This document shows, piece after piece, positions 1-9,967 of a stretch of 64,000 nucleotides of DNA. The translations under genes were made by a program, and so were the position numbers. Each line of letters begins with the position of its first letter. The stretch's first letter is position 1. The stretch covers positions 4,608-68,607 of the forward strand of contig CAYOCD010000003.1 of assembly GCA_964402425.1 (NCBI GenBank), given 5' to 3'. The notes below the pieces were generated by a model, which had not been told where the DNA came from, made no database searches, and saw nothing but the letters and a program-made list of their open reading frames with translations. The stretch comes from an uncultured Gammaproteobacteria bacterium. GTDB lineage: Bacteria; Patescibacteriota; Patescibacteriia; UBA9934; GWF2-40-263.

Positions 1-743
<743 letters not shown>

Positions 744-797
744 TTAGATTATAGCATGCACAAACAAAAAAACCGACAAAGTCGGTCAGGAGAATAG

Positions 798-1061
798 TTA
801 TGCGGCGATCGAAGAAGCAGAGGAATTGCCAAAGAACGTGCGACGGGGTTTGGGAGCTTCAGAGACCTCGTAGCCAAGCGTGCGTTCAATCAGTTGAATC
901 CGTTCCATGCTGGGCTGCAACTTACCGCTGCACCACTTATTCACGATCCGCTTGGGATCTACGTCATATCCGTGAACTTTGAGTTCGCGAGCAAGGTCTT
1001 CATTTGACCAACCACGCAATCGCATGGCTTGAACCAACAGCACTCCGCTAAGTCTGCGCAT
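798..1061 (-). CDS. XRE-family helix-turn-helix transcriptional regulator; start taken at the internal ATG (MRRLSG...) preceded by AAGGAA
   Basis: ORF 798..1100 contains an HTH-like segment LLVQAMRLRGWSNEDLARELKVHGYDVDPKRIVNKWCSG. It lies downstream of a TTGACA-17-TATAAA promoter on the same strand. Confidence 0.5.
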   Translation of the reverse strand: MRRLSGVLLVQAMRLRGWSNEDLARELKVHGYDVDPKRIVNKWCSGKLQPSMERIQLIERTLGYEVSEAPKPRRTFFGNSSASSIAA

Positions 1062-1116
1062 CGAGCATTCCTTTGTAAAGAGAACAAAAGCGCCAACCAC
1101 TATGATTGACGCTTGG

Positions 1117-1145
1117 TTTATACGTGATTTTTAAACGCATGTCAA
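1117..1145 (-). promoter_or_regulatory. sigma70-like promoter: TTGACA, 17-nt spacer, TATAAA
   Basis: The reverse complement of 1117-1145 reads TTGACAtgcgtttaaaaatcacgTATAAA. It sits immediately upstream of the HTH gene. Confidence 0.5.
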
Positions 1146-1154
1146 TGGATTTCC

Positions 1155-1655
1155 CTATTCACACACGCCAGCCGCCATTTTTCCAGGGACTGCACAATTA
1201 ATCCCTTTTTGAAGTCCGGCACCAGGCAAACTATTTTCTAATTCAAATTGAATAGCATATGCATCACCTTGATTTAAGGCAGAATAACAAAACGCTTTAC
1301 GTGCCGGAGTTCCGCACGCAACTTTTCCAGGCAACCCCGCTTCATACGTACGAGGAACAATTCTGATAATCGTGGCCGTTTCTGTAGAACAGTCCGCATG
1401 AAAACCCGTAACACTCAAACAGGCACTTTGTGCTGAATCACCAAGTGGCATCAATTCACCATCGGGATAGGTGTTATTTTCATTAAAATAATCTTCGAGA
1501 GCCGTTTGAATTTGTCGCACATTAGATAAACGTGTTGCATCGCGTTGTTTTGATCTTGCGGATGTCACCGCAACAGACGCAAGTACGCCAACAAGCGCAA
1601 TAATAGCAACAACAACGAGAATTTCTACAAGCGACACTTTTGGTTGAAGATCCAT
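1155..1655 (-). CDS. Type IV pilin-like protein with a prepilin-type N-terminal hydrophobic domain
   Basis: The N-terminus KVSLVEILVVVAIIALVGVLA resembles the class III signal/N-methylation segment, with Glu at +5 of the hydrophobic block. The C-terminal part has paired Cys residues (CLSVTGFHADC, CGTPARKAFC), as in pilin D-regions. There is no Gly before the hydrophobic segment, which is atypical. Confidence 0.55.
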   Translation of the reverse strand: MDLQPKVSLVEILVVVAIIALVGVLASVAVTSARSKQRDATRLSNVRQIQTALEDYFNENNTYPDGELMPLGDSAQSACLSVTGFHADCSTETATIIRIVPRTYEAGLPGKVACGTPARKAFCYSALNQGDAYAIQFELENSLPGAGLQKGINCAVPGKMAAGVCE

Positions 1656-1656
1656 A

Positions 1657-2040
1657 CTACTTGCTACTTACTACTTTTTTAATACGTTTAACAATTTCCG
1701 TGACAGAATGTTCTCCTTTGCGGAACATAGCACTTCTTGAAACACGTTTCCAGACACCGACAGTTTTGCGTGTAAGGTCAGCCGTATGCAAAATGAGCGT
1801 TCGGGTTCCCTCAGCTGTTTTATCGACAAGTTTTACAAGGACTTCTTCTGGTTGAAGTTCTTTTACAGGATCAATCAGCACAACATCACTCGGCTTTCGA
1901 CCAAGCAACTTCTCTGCCTGATCCACATTTTTTACAGACCGAACCGTCCAGCCGTCTTTTTCAAAACGCTTCGACAAAATATCCGCAAGATGCGTATCTG
2001 GATCAACAATAAGAAGTGAGGGTTTCTTTTTTGGAGGCAT
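1657..2040 (-). CDS. Response-regulator receiver (CheY-like) domain protein
   Basis: KPSLLIVDPDTHLADIL...SDVVLIDP shows the acidic pocket and a phospho-acceptor Asp-like pattern. The start is taken at MPPKKK inside ORF 1657..2103. Confidence 0.6.
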   Translation of the reverse strand: MPPKKKPSLLIVDPDTHLADILSKRFEKDGWTVRSVKNVDQAEKLLGRKPSDVVLIDPVKELQPEEVLVKLVDKTAEGTRTLILHTADLTRKTVGVWKRVSRSAMFRKGEHSVTEIVKRIKKVVSSK

Positions 2041-2041
2041 A

Positions 2042-3130
2042 TTAATCCATTTCTCGCATCGCAAGCCCAACAGCAACGGCCATACGAGGACCAATTTCTT
2101 CAAGGACCACTGCTAAATCTTTTGGATACACAACGCGCGCCCAAGGATCGCCGCGATACACATTCATATTTAATGTTTCCGATAAATATTCAGGAACATG
2201 TGAAAGATACGAAGATCCACCCGTGAGAATAATTTTCTCCACACGCTTCAATTCCGTCAATTCCATGTTTGCGTATAATTGAAACGCAAATCGGATTTCA
2301 TTCACAATCGGTTGCATGATCGGCTCTAAAATTTTTGGCAATGTACCATTTCCTCCAGCAATGCCCAAATCACGCTTTGCGCGTTCAGCATCATCTTCTG
2401 TGATCTGCATCTGTTCCATCATGCGCTTTGTTACGGAATCACCACCCAAATTAATACTTCGTGAGACAAACGGAATTCCCTTTTCTACAATAAAAACATT
2501 CGTGCGTTTTGAACCCATGTCTAAAATCATGATCGCTCCTTTATCTTTTCCAATAAGAGCACGAATAAGCGCAAAGGATTCCGTATCAATCGCTTGTAAA
2601 TTTATTTTTGCTGTTTTAAAAATTTCAATATACTTTGAAACAAGTGTCTTTGCAGCACCCGTCACAAGCACACGTGTATATTTATCTTTCTCCTCTTTTG
2701 CTTTTCCGGATTCTCGAACCTCTCCAAGCTTCCCTTCTCCATCAATGGTTGTAGAATAGGTGATCATTTCTGAAACAGGAATAGGTGCGAGTTTTCCGAG
2801 CTCTGCGTCAATCAATGTTTTGACCATTTTTGGATCTTTTGACTTTGGCAAAGAAAGGATGGTGGAAAAAACGGACGATGTCTGAAGAGCTGTCATGGCC
2901 TGTAATGCCTTAACATCTGCCTCTTTACACACGCGCGCCAAAAACTCACCTGATTTTTTGGGTTGGTCAAAAAGTCCATCACCTCCATTTTGTGGAGGTA
3001 ATTCTAAGTATCCATACGTCATGAGACGCGCACGCCCTTTTTCATTTGCAAGCTCGACAACCTTAATACTGCTTCCCCCAATATCAACCCCAAGAAATGT
3101 TTTTGATTTTGATGATCCAAAGAGTGACAT
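2042..3130 (-). CDS. pilM: Type IV pilus assembly protein PilM (actin-like ATPase fold)
   Basis: The 362-aa product begins FLGVDIGGSSIKVVEL... and ends ILTGGSSYL, an FtsA/PilM-like architecture. It neighbours the pilin and receiver genes. Confidence 0.8.
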   Translation of the reverse strand: MSLFGSSKSKTFLGVDIGGSSIKVVELANEKGRARLMTYGYLELPPQNGGDGLFDQPKKSGEFLARVCKEADVKALQAMTALQTSSVFSTILSLPKSKDPKMVKTLIDAELGKLAPIPVSEMITYSTTIDGEGKLGEVRESGKAKEEKDKYTRVLVTGAAKTLVSKYIEIFKTAKINLQAIDTESFALIRALIGKDKGAIMILDMGSKRTNVFIVEKGIPFVSRSINLGGDSVTKRMMEQMQITEDDAERAKRDLGIAGGNGTLPKILEPIMQPIVNEIRFAFQLYANMELTELKRVEKIILTGGSSYLSHVPEYLSETLNMNVYRGDPWARVVYPKDLAVVLEEIGPRMAVAVGLAMREMD

Positions 3131-3139
3131 AGTACACGC

Positions 3140-3148
3140 ATTATAACA
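3140..3148 (-). promoter_or_regulatory. Extended -10 element (TGtTATAAT) about 9 nt upstream of the pilM ATG, giving a near-leaderless transcript
   Basis: The reverse complement of 3131-3150 reads cgtgTTATAATgcgtgtactATG. There is no SD. Confidence 0.4.
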
Positions 3149-3180
3149 CGAGTATTTCGTCTGTGGTATACGGGAGTTAA

Positions 3181-3210
3181 AAAAGAAAAAATCGCCCTAA
3201 GTGGAGCGAT
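3181..3210 (-). terminator. Rho-independent terminator after the 3212..4147 gene
   Basis: Hairpin atcgccctaagtggagcgat followed by a T-run on the minus strand. Confidence 0.5.
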
Positions 3211-3211
3211 G

Positions 3212-4147
3212 CTAGCAAGACTGTGTCCTTCGATTCCCATCCAAAATGAGCAACGTGGGATATTTTGTTTCGACAAATTTACCCGTCTTTGGATCTTGTC
3301 GATGATAAATCATCCCTTTTTCTGCATTCATTTCATCTATTCGAATTGCCAATTCTTTTGCGGAAGAAAAATCCGATTCTAACTGAGACCAGAGAAAAAG
3401 GTGTGCCCACACACGGAAACGAAACTCCAACGTGACAATTTCTTGTACAAAACCTCTTGCCTCAGAATAATCAAGACCATAATCCTTGTCGCGATTAACC
3501 AAACACGCAACAAACGAACTTAGTTGATAGTCACGCGACCGATCAGATTCAATTTCCAAGATCCATTGACGCCACTTAAGGTAGTCGATATCACGAAGAT
3601 CTGGAAAACCAAGACGACTTATCGATGGAAATAGCTTGTTGATCATTTCACATCTTGCATGATCTCTGTTCCTTTGATCTAAAATATTTCCTACGCACAT
3701 CCACGCCTCGTCACCCTTCTTTTTTCTGGCCAAATAAAGGACAACATCCAACCAAGCTGTATCGCGCACATGTTCGGCCCTGATCTGCTCAATCCAGATC
3801 TTTGCCTCTTCAATGCGATCCATTTCAAGCAATGTCCTTATGATTTTATCCACAGCCGAATCACGAGAAAAACGATCAGGAATTTCATTTGCGACCTCAA
3901 GCGCCTTATTCAAATCATTTAGGTGGACCAGAATTTGAATTCGCTTTTCTGCCACCTTTAGGGCGGGGAGATTATTAAGAAACTCTTGAACATGCTCTTC
4001 ACGACGAACCTCGCGTCGAAAGACAGACAAAAAGAAACGTGTAGTCCTTGAACGAAGTTGTGCAAAAAACTTCATGACCACTCCTAAAAAGAACAAGGTC
4101 CCGTGATTGGGACCTTGAAACATAATAGAAATTCTGAAATTCGTCAA
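3212..4147 (-). CDS. Hypothetical protein
   Basis: 311-aa ORF separated by only 5 nt from the rnhA stop. No motif recognised. Confidence 0.45.
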   Translation of the reverse strand: MTNFRISIMFQGPNHGTLFFLGVVMKFFAQLRSRTTRFFLSVFRREVRREEHVQEFLNNLPALKVAEKRIQILVHLNDLNKALEVANEIPDRFSRDSAVDKIIRTLLEMDRIEEAKIWIEQIRAEHVRDTAWLDVVLYLARKKKGDEAWMCVGNILDQRNRDHARCEMINKLFPSISRLGFPDLRDIDYLKWRQWILEIESDRSRDYQLSSFVACLVNRDKDYGLDYSEARGFVQEIVTLEFRFRVWAHLFLWSQLESDFSSAKELAIRIDEMNAEKGMIYHRQDPKTGKFVETKYPTLLILDGNRRTQSC

Positions 4148-4152
4148 GGTAT

Positions 4153-4587
4153 TTACCTCCCCTGTTTATCCAACACTTCATTCACGAGCGCATCCGCAGC
4201 CTTGTTGAACTCTCTGCGTACATGTTTGATTTTGACATGATCAAACTGTGCGATCAGATTTTTCACTTCCAGAAATCGTTTTGCAATCTCTGGATTTTTC
4301 ACTTTATATTCCCCTTTTAATTGTTTCACTGCGAGCTCAGAATCCATACACAACTCAATGGTTTCTGCACCGAGTGACTTTGCCTTCTCAAGTCCAATCA
4401 CAATCGCCGTATATTCTGCTTGATTGTTTGTATCTTTGCCAAGGTGCTTTGATGCCGTAGCAACAACCTCACCGTCTTCAGAATACAAAACCGCACCACT
4501 TGCCGCAGGCCCAGGATTTCCGCGCGATCCACCGTCTGTAAAGATTTTAAGATGGGAATGTTTGGACATAATATTATCAAGCACCAT
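4153..4587 (-). CDS. rnhA: Ribonuclease HI
   Basis: IFTDGGSRGNPGPAASGAVL...NNQAEYTAIVIGLEKA...REFNKAADALVNEV match the RNase H catalytic DEDD pattern. Confidence 0.85.
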   Translation of the reverse strand: MVLDNIMSKHSHLKIFTDGGSRGNPGPAASGAVLYSEDGEVVATASKHLGKDTNNQAEYTAIVIGLEKAKSLGAETIELCMDSELAVKQLKGEYKVKNPEIAKRFLEVKNLIAQFDHVKIKHVRREFNKAADALVNEVLDKQGR

Positions 4588-4608
4588 TTGGCACCTATCC
4601 TTAATCCG

Positions 4609-5664
4609 TTATTGATTAATCAAATCTCCTTCTTCAAATTGATCTAAAAATCGTGCAGAAACTTCATGGACATTTTTATACTGCCATCCATGTGTCATCA
4701 TGACTCCATGTGAACCAATGTGCCGTTTTTCTTTCCGTTCAATGCGATAAATTTTTTGTGAACCGCGAATCCTGACGAGTGCAGGTAACACGATCGAAGA
4801 TTCAGCTGTTATGGGACTGTAACCAGAGGAAACTTCCATGCCATCAAGAAATCCATCCTGATCAGTATCAGGCACATAAAGATTCGTTCCCTGTTCTTGT
4901 TCTTGTGTCTTTGATAACCCATCCTGATCTGCGTCACTCTGAGCGGACGTTGTCAGAACGGAAGAGGTAAATAACATATTCTTTGCTCTGTGTCCCGTTG
5001 CGTTTGGATAATCTAAGTTGGATGCGAGAAGTGATTGCACACGAAACACAATTCTCTCTCCAAATTTTGTTCCGGGATCATTTGCGTAAAATTCCATTCT
5101 GTCACGATCATATCCAACAAGAACAATCACATGATACTCCGGTGCGGGACTCTGATAATTTGCGTTTGCAAGCAATCGACCATTCACAGGAACAACCACT
5201 GGGCGATGTGCATCCAATTCTTTCACGATCGATTCAAAATCTGGATTCTCAACAACATGAGCTTCATAGGACAAATACCCATTGACCAATCGCATCATTA
5301 ATTCTGTACTTGTATCTTTATTAAATCCAAAAATTTGATCTTCTAATGCAACCATCTTTTCAATACGCTGCTGAATCATCTTTTTATCTGAAAAATCCTG
5401 TTTTTGATAATACGCTTCAACCATGAGCAAAACCGTTTCTTCGCATGCATCTTTAAACGGCTGCACCCAGGATCCATTTGGAATTTGAATGGAAAACGGA
5501 ACGGCTAATTTTATTTTGCCATACGCTGTTGTAAAGAGGGCAAAATAAAGAATGCTGGAGATCGCAATTCCCCATCGAAAAAGATGTTTCTTGTGTTCTC
5601 TTATGTTGTGCACAAAAAAACGAATCAATTTTCTCAAGTTCAAGAAGACACGTATGGATATCAA
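4609..5664 (-). CDS. Membrane-anchored peptidase C39-like domain protein with acidic Ca-binding-like DxDxDG repeats
   Basis: N-terminal TM segment. A Cys (FKDACEET) and a His (EYHVIVLVGYD) are arranged as in C39-like/BtrH-type peptidases. The C-terminus carries DADQDGL...DTDQDGFLDG motifs. The ATG overlaps the recJ stop (ATGA). Confidence 0.5.
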   Translation of the reverse strand: MISIRVFLNLRKLIRFFVHNIREHKKHLFRWGIAISSILYFALFTTAYGKIKLAVPFSIQIPNGSWVQPFKDACEETVLLMVEAYYQKQDFSDKKMIQQRIEKMVALEDQIFGFNKDTSTELMMRLVNGYLSYEAHVVENPDFESIVKELDAHRPVVVPVNGRLLANANYQSPAPEYHVIVLVGYDRDRMEFYANDPGTKFGERIVFRVQSLLASNLDYPNATGHRAKNMLFTSSVLTTSAQSDADQDGLSKTQEQEQGTNLYVPDTDQDGFLDGMEVSSGYSPITAESSIVLPALVRIRGSQKIYRIERKEKRHIGSHGVMMTHGWQYKNVHEVSARFLDQFEEGDLINQ

Positions 5665-7403
5665 CTCTGTTTTGTTTTCAGATCAACAATTCTTCCTTGC
5701 AGTTCTCTGTTTCCATTCCATTCATTGATCGACACCTCAAACGCCACATCAATCATATCACCCAATCGAAGATTCTCCATATGGAACCCAAACGAGAACC
5801 CGATCATCTTCATCGTCTTTCCGCTTGGTGACTGAATAGTGAGGCGCAAATGTTTTCCGTCCGCGCCGACTGTAGAAAGACCAACAATCGTGACCGAACG
5901 TGCGGCAAAAACGGGTGGAGGATTTCCCATGCCGAATGGTTTACATTTTTCAATTCCATCAACAAGTTCCCAATTCACATCTTCGAGTCGCATCTCTGCG
6001 TCAATAACAAGCGTTGCGACCGCATCATCATCAACCATACTTGTAGCAAGGGTCTCTCGCATGATCTTTGTTGCCGCTTCGAATGCCTCTGAACCACAAA
6101 TAGAGAGGCCACATGCTTGAGGGTGTCCGCCATATTTTTCGAGGTGCACAGATGCGGCATGAAGAGCAGGCATGAGATCAACTCGGTCAGGACTGCGGCC
6201 CGAACCCACAAAATGATCTCCTTCTTTTCCAAAGACAAATGTTGGAAGATTAAATTCATTTAATAATTTTCCAGCAACAAGCCCAACAAGCCCTGCTTGC
6301 CATCCATCTTGAAACAAAATAATACAACCTGTTGGCGTTTCAACGAGTTGCTTTTTTGCTTCTTTATACATTTCATCCGAGCGCGCTTGCCGCGCTTTGT
6401 TTGTTGCTTGTAATTTTATTGCTTTCTCTACGGCAACAGATTCATCTTCCTCGATCATGAGTTCAAGTGCATCGTACGCATGTGCCATGCGCCCAGCCGC
6501 GTTCAAACGTGGACCGATTTGAAATCCGATCGACGTAGTATCAAGTTCTCCAATTTTTCCTCCCGCAATTTCAATAAGCGCCCTGAGTCCTGGTCTTTTC
6601 GTTTTATTAAGAACAAGAAGTCCAAAAATCTCAAGCACACGATTCTCTCCTGTGAGTGGAACCATGTCTGTGACAGTTGCGATCGCGACCAAATCGAGAA
6701 GCCATTTTTCATGACCTTGCGGAAATGAAGCACCGCGAGATCGAGCTTCGTCAATGAGGGCACTTGCAAGTTTGAACGCAACTCCTGTGCCACACAACTG
6801 TTTATTTAAAAATGTCTCACCTGGAACGAGTGGATGAATCAAGATCGCAGAATCCGGCAATTCTTTTGGCATGGTGTGATGATCGCACACAATCGTATCG
6901 ATTCCATAAGACTTCGCAAGATCAATTGCAGGCTTATTTGAAATTCCACAATCAACCGTGATGATCAAATTTGTCTTCTCTCGAAGCTGTTCTGCTGTAT
7001 CTAGCGAAAAACCATACCCCTCGAGTTCACGATGTGGAATATAATAATCAATCTTTGACGCATCAAAATTCAGCGCGCGAGAAATATCGCGCAACGTTGA
7101 AACAAGAACAGTTGAACCACACACACCATCTGCGTCGTAATCGCCATGAACCGTAATGACCTCCCCCTTTAAGAAGGCGTCGAACACACGAGCAACAGCC
7201 GCGGGCATGTTTTGAAAAGTAAATGGAGAACATGTATCACGACTCCAGTCAGGCCCCAAAAATACATCCATCTCTTCTTGTGTTTTTATTCCTCGATTAT
7301 GGAGCAATTGTAAAAGCACCGGATGTTGTTCCGGAAACTGCGCAAAAAATTCTGGCCGAGCAGGCGCGGACGCGAGCCAACGTTTTGACATGTTAAAAAG
7401 CAA
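5661..7403 (-). CDS. recJ: Single-stranded-DNA-specific exonuclease RecJ
   Basis: DHH motifs (HGDYDADGV, DHH) and a DHHA1 C-terminal domain in a 580-aa product. Confidence 0.9.
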   Translation of the reverse strand: MLFNMSKRWLASAPARPEFFAQFPEQHPVLLQLLHNRGIKTQEEMDVFLGPDWSRDTCSPFTFQNMPAAVARVFDAFLKGEVITVHGDYDADGVCGSTVLVSTLRDISRALNFDASKIDYYIPHRELEGYGFSLDTAEQLREKTNLIITVDCGISNKPAIDLAKSYGIDTIVCDHHTMPKELPDSAILIHPLVPGETFLNKQLCGTGVAFKLASALIDEARSRGASFPQGHEKWLLDLVAIATVTDMVPLTGENRVLEIFGLLVLNKTKRPGLRALIEIAGGKIGELDTTSIGFQIGPRLNAAGRMAHAYDALELMIEEDESVAVEKAIKLQATNKARQARSDEMYKEAKKQLVETPTGCIILFQDGWQAGLVGLVAGKLLNEFNLPTFVFGKEGDHFVGSGRSPDRVDLMPALHAASVHLEKYGGHPQACGLSICGSEAFEAATKIMRETLATSMVDDDAVATLVIDAEMRLEDVNWELVDGIEKCKPFGMGNPPPVFAARSVTIVGLSTVGADGKHLRLTIQSPSGKTMKMIGFSFGFHMENLRLGDMIDVAFEVSINEWNGNRELQGRIVDLKTKQS

Positions 7404-7486
7404 ACATGAGTGAAGACATCACCATACTCACAATAACCACCACAGATACAATAGACCAAAAGATACGAATCGTTTTGCGTTTCATA

Positions 7487-9277
7487 TTAATCTCGTTTTA
7501 GAACTTTCAAATAAGCATCTGTTGGAATCGTTACGCGTCCTCGACCCATTTCTGCCATGCGCGCTTTTCCTTTTTTCTGTTTTTCGAGCAACTTGCGTTT
7601 ACGCGTAACGTCTCCTCCGTACAATCCTGATGTAACGTCTTTGCGTACGGCGGAAATTTGTTCACTTGCGATAATCTTTCCACCGATCGCTGCCTGAAGC
7701 TTGATCACAAAGTTTTCACGAGGAATAGATTCTTTGAGAGATTTCACAATTCGACGACCAGAACGTTCCGCTTCATTGCGATACACAAGTGTCGCAAACG
7801 CTTCAACAGGTTCTTCTGCAACAAGAATATCCATCTTCACAACATCCGCTTCACGATAATCTTTCAAATCATAGTTAAGCGACGCGTATCCAGCTGTCAC
7901 ACTTTTCAACTTATCGTAAAAGTCGACAATAATCATGGAAAGCGGTATTTCGTAATGCAAAATGGCACGGTTCTCTGAAAGATATTCTGTGTTTTTATAA
8001 ATACCTCGTCGGTCTTGAACGAGTTGCATGACACCACCAACATAATCCGTTGGGGTCACAATATCCGCTGTTACCCAAGGTTCATCGATTTTTTCAACAT
8101 GAGATACATCTGGAAGCTCCAATGGACTTTTGATCATGAACGATTCGCCATTTCGCTTAAACACATTGTATGCAACAGACGGAACCGTCACAACAAGTTC
8201 AATGTTAAACTCACGCTCCAAACGTTCTTTCAAAATTTCAAGATGAAGCATTCCAAGCAGTCCACAACGAAATCCATACCCGAGTGCAGGTGAATGTTCT
8301 GGTTCATAAACAAGAGCAGAATCATTCAATTTCAAACGCTCCATTGCATCACGAAGGCGCCCAAAATTATCTCCCTCTGCCGGAAAGACGCCAGCAAACA
8401 CCATTGGTTTTACTTCACGATACCCTCCAAGTGATTCAATCTTTGCGTCTGCAAGGGTAATAGTGTCTCCGACACGACAATGGGCGATCGTTTTGAGTCC
8501 TGTTACCACATATCCAATCTGACCCGTCTCAAGCTCACGCACAGGAATGCGACCATTCGGTGTTACCGCACCAACTTCAAGAATTTCAACTTCTGCACCG
8601 GTCGCCAAAAATTTAATCTTCTCACCCGTCTTAAATGAACCATCAACAACACGAACATAAGCCATCACTCCACGATAGTCGTCATAAAACGAATCAAAAA
8701 TAAGTGCGCGAAGTGGCTTTTCAACATCTCCCTTTGGGGATGGAACCTTTTCAATAATCTGATCAAGAAGCGCGAGTACACCCTCCCCCGTCTTTCCGCT
8801 CACAGCCAAAATCTCTGATGGGTCACAACCGATCAGTTTAATAATTTCCTGTGTTCGACGCGGGACATCTGATGCAGGAAGATCGATCTTATTCAAAACA
8901 GGAATAATTGTGAGACCTTCTTCAATCGCAAGATACAAATTTCCGATCGTTTGCGCCTGCACCCCTTGTGTAGAGTCCACAAGAAGCACGGCGCCTTCCA
9001 CAGCAGCGAGCGAACGAGACACTTCATAATTGAAGTCCACATGCCCCGGAGTATCGATCAAATTCAAAATCAACCCTTTATATTCCATTTGAGCTGGCGC
9101 GAGTTTAATGGTGATTCCACGTTCACGTTCAATGTCCATGGAATCAAGGATTTGTGCCTTCATGTTTCTGTGTTCCACCGTCCCGGTCAATTCCAAAAGT
9201 CGATCCGAGAGGGTCGACTTTCCGTGGTCAATATGGGCAATAATACAGAAGTTCCGGATGTGCGAGAGATCTTTCAT
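7487..9277 (-). CDS. lepA: Elongation factor 4 (LepA)
   Basis: NFCIIAHIDHGKSTLSDRL...DTPGHVDF and the LepA-specific C-terminus. Confidence 0.95.
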   Translation of the reverse strand: MKDLSHIRNFCIIAHIDHGKSTLSDRLLELTGTVEHRNMKAQILDSMDIERERGITIKLAPAQMEYKGLILNLIDTPGHVDFNYEVSRSLAAVEGAVLLVDSTQGVQAQTIGNLYLAIEEGLTIIPVLNKIDLPASDVPRRTQEIIKLIGCDPSEILAVSGKTGEGVLALLDQIIEKVPSPKGDVEKPLRALIFDSFYDDYRGVMAYVRVVDGSFKTGEKIKFLATGAEVEILEVGAVTPNGRIPVRELETGQIGYVVTGLKTIAHCRVGDTITLADAKIESLGGYREVKPMVFAGVFPAEGDNFGRLRDAMERLKLNDSALVYEPEHSPALGYGFRCGLLGMLHLEILKERLEREFNIELVVTVPSVAYNVFKRNGESFMIKSPLELPDVSHVEKIDEPWVTADIVTPTDYVGGVMQLVQDRRGIYKNTEYLSENRAILHYEIPLSMIIVDFYDKLKSVTAGYASLNYDLKDYREADVVKMDILVAEEPVEAFATLVYRNEAERSGRRIVKSLKESIPRENFVIKLQAAIGGKIIASEQISAVRKDVTSGLYGGDVTRKRKLLEKQKKGKARMAEMGRGRVTIPTDAYLKVLKRD

Positions 9278-9389
9278 AACGAGTTGTATCGTAGCGGAAA
9301 TACGACGGTTCGTCGAGACGTGTTCTTCCCATTGACTTTTCTCATTTTTTCTGAAAAAGTGCGGTCGGCATCAACAACAGGAGACAATC

Positions 9390-9827
9390 ATGCCAAAGAA
9401 GCGCCCAGGACAAAAGATCGGAGTCGAATGCCCCGTATGCCATGAAGGTAAACTACTCGTACGCATCAAGCACACAGAATATGATGATGGTGCAATCGGC
9501 GGCCGTGGCACCCCTGATACCAACGTCGTCCATGAACTCGTTTGCTCCAACTGTTGTCTCAAGTTTGCGGCAGCAGATGAAGGGCAAAGCATTTGGCCAA
9601 TCATTGAAAATAAGTTGGGTGGTTTCACCCAACCAGACACAAAACCAACCACGTGTCCTGTGTGCGAAAATGATTCTTTGAAAGAAGGTCGGACTCATCA
9701 TGCCTCTGCTGAAGATGAATGGAGACCGTTTGGTGGTCGCGATTCACAGCATCACAAGCGAACGATCTTCCTGTACTGTAACGACTGCCTCACACCCGTA
9801 TACGTTACGAAAGAGCCAAGCATCTAA
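9390..9827 (+). CDS. Hypothetical protein with duplicated CxxC...CxxC zinc-ribbon modules
   Basis: CPVCHEG..CSNCC and CPVCEND..CNDC. Preceded by AGGAGA 5 nt upstream and followed by a terminator. Confidence 0.5.
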   Translation: MPKKRPGQKIGVECPVCHEGKLLVRIKHTEYDDGAIGGRGTPDTNVVHELVCSNCCLKFAAADEGQSIWPIIENKLGGFTQPDTKPTTCPVCENDSLKEGRTHHASAEDEWRPFGGRDSQHHKRTIFLYCNDCLTPVYVTKEPSI

Positions 9828-9850
9828 CGTCCCTCACGGACGTTTTTTCT
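9826..9850 (+). terminator. Rho-independent terminator
   Basis: acgtccctcacggacgt followed by tttttt. Confidence 0.6.
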
Positions 9851-9967
9851 TTTGCTAAACACTTCTCACTCACTTATTGTTTGAGCTTGTCGAAAACCTG
9901 CACGTGTCAGTCTCTCGACAAGCTCGAGAAAGGTTCTAAAAAACGTTTTCCAAAACCTCACTACCCG

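Noticed and set aside
9371-9701. Minus-strand ORFs of 93 aa and 82 aa overlapping the zinc-ribbon gene
   Set aside because: They are antisense to a gene with an SD, a terminator and clear CxxC architecture. They have no supporting signals of their own.
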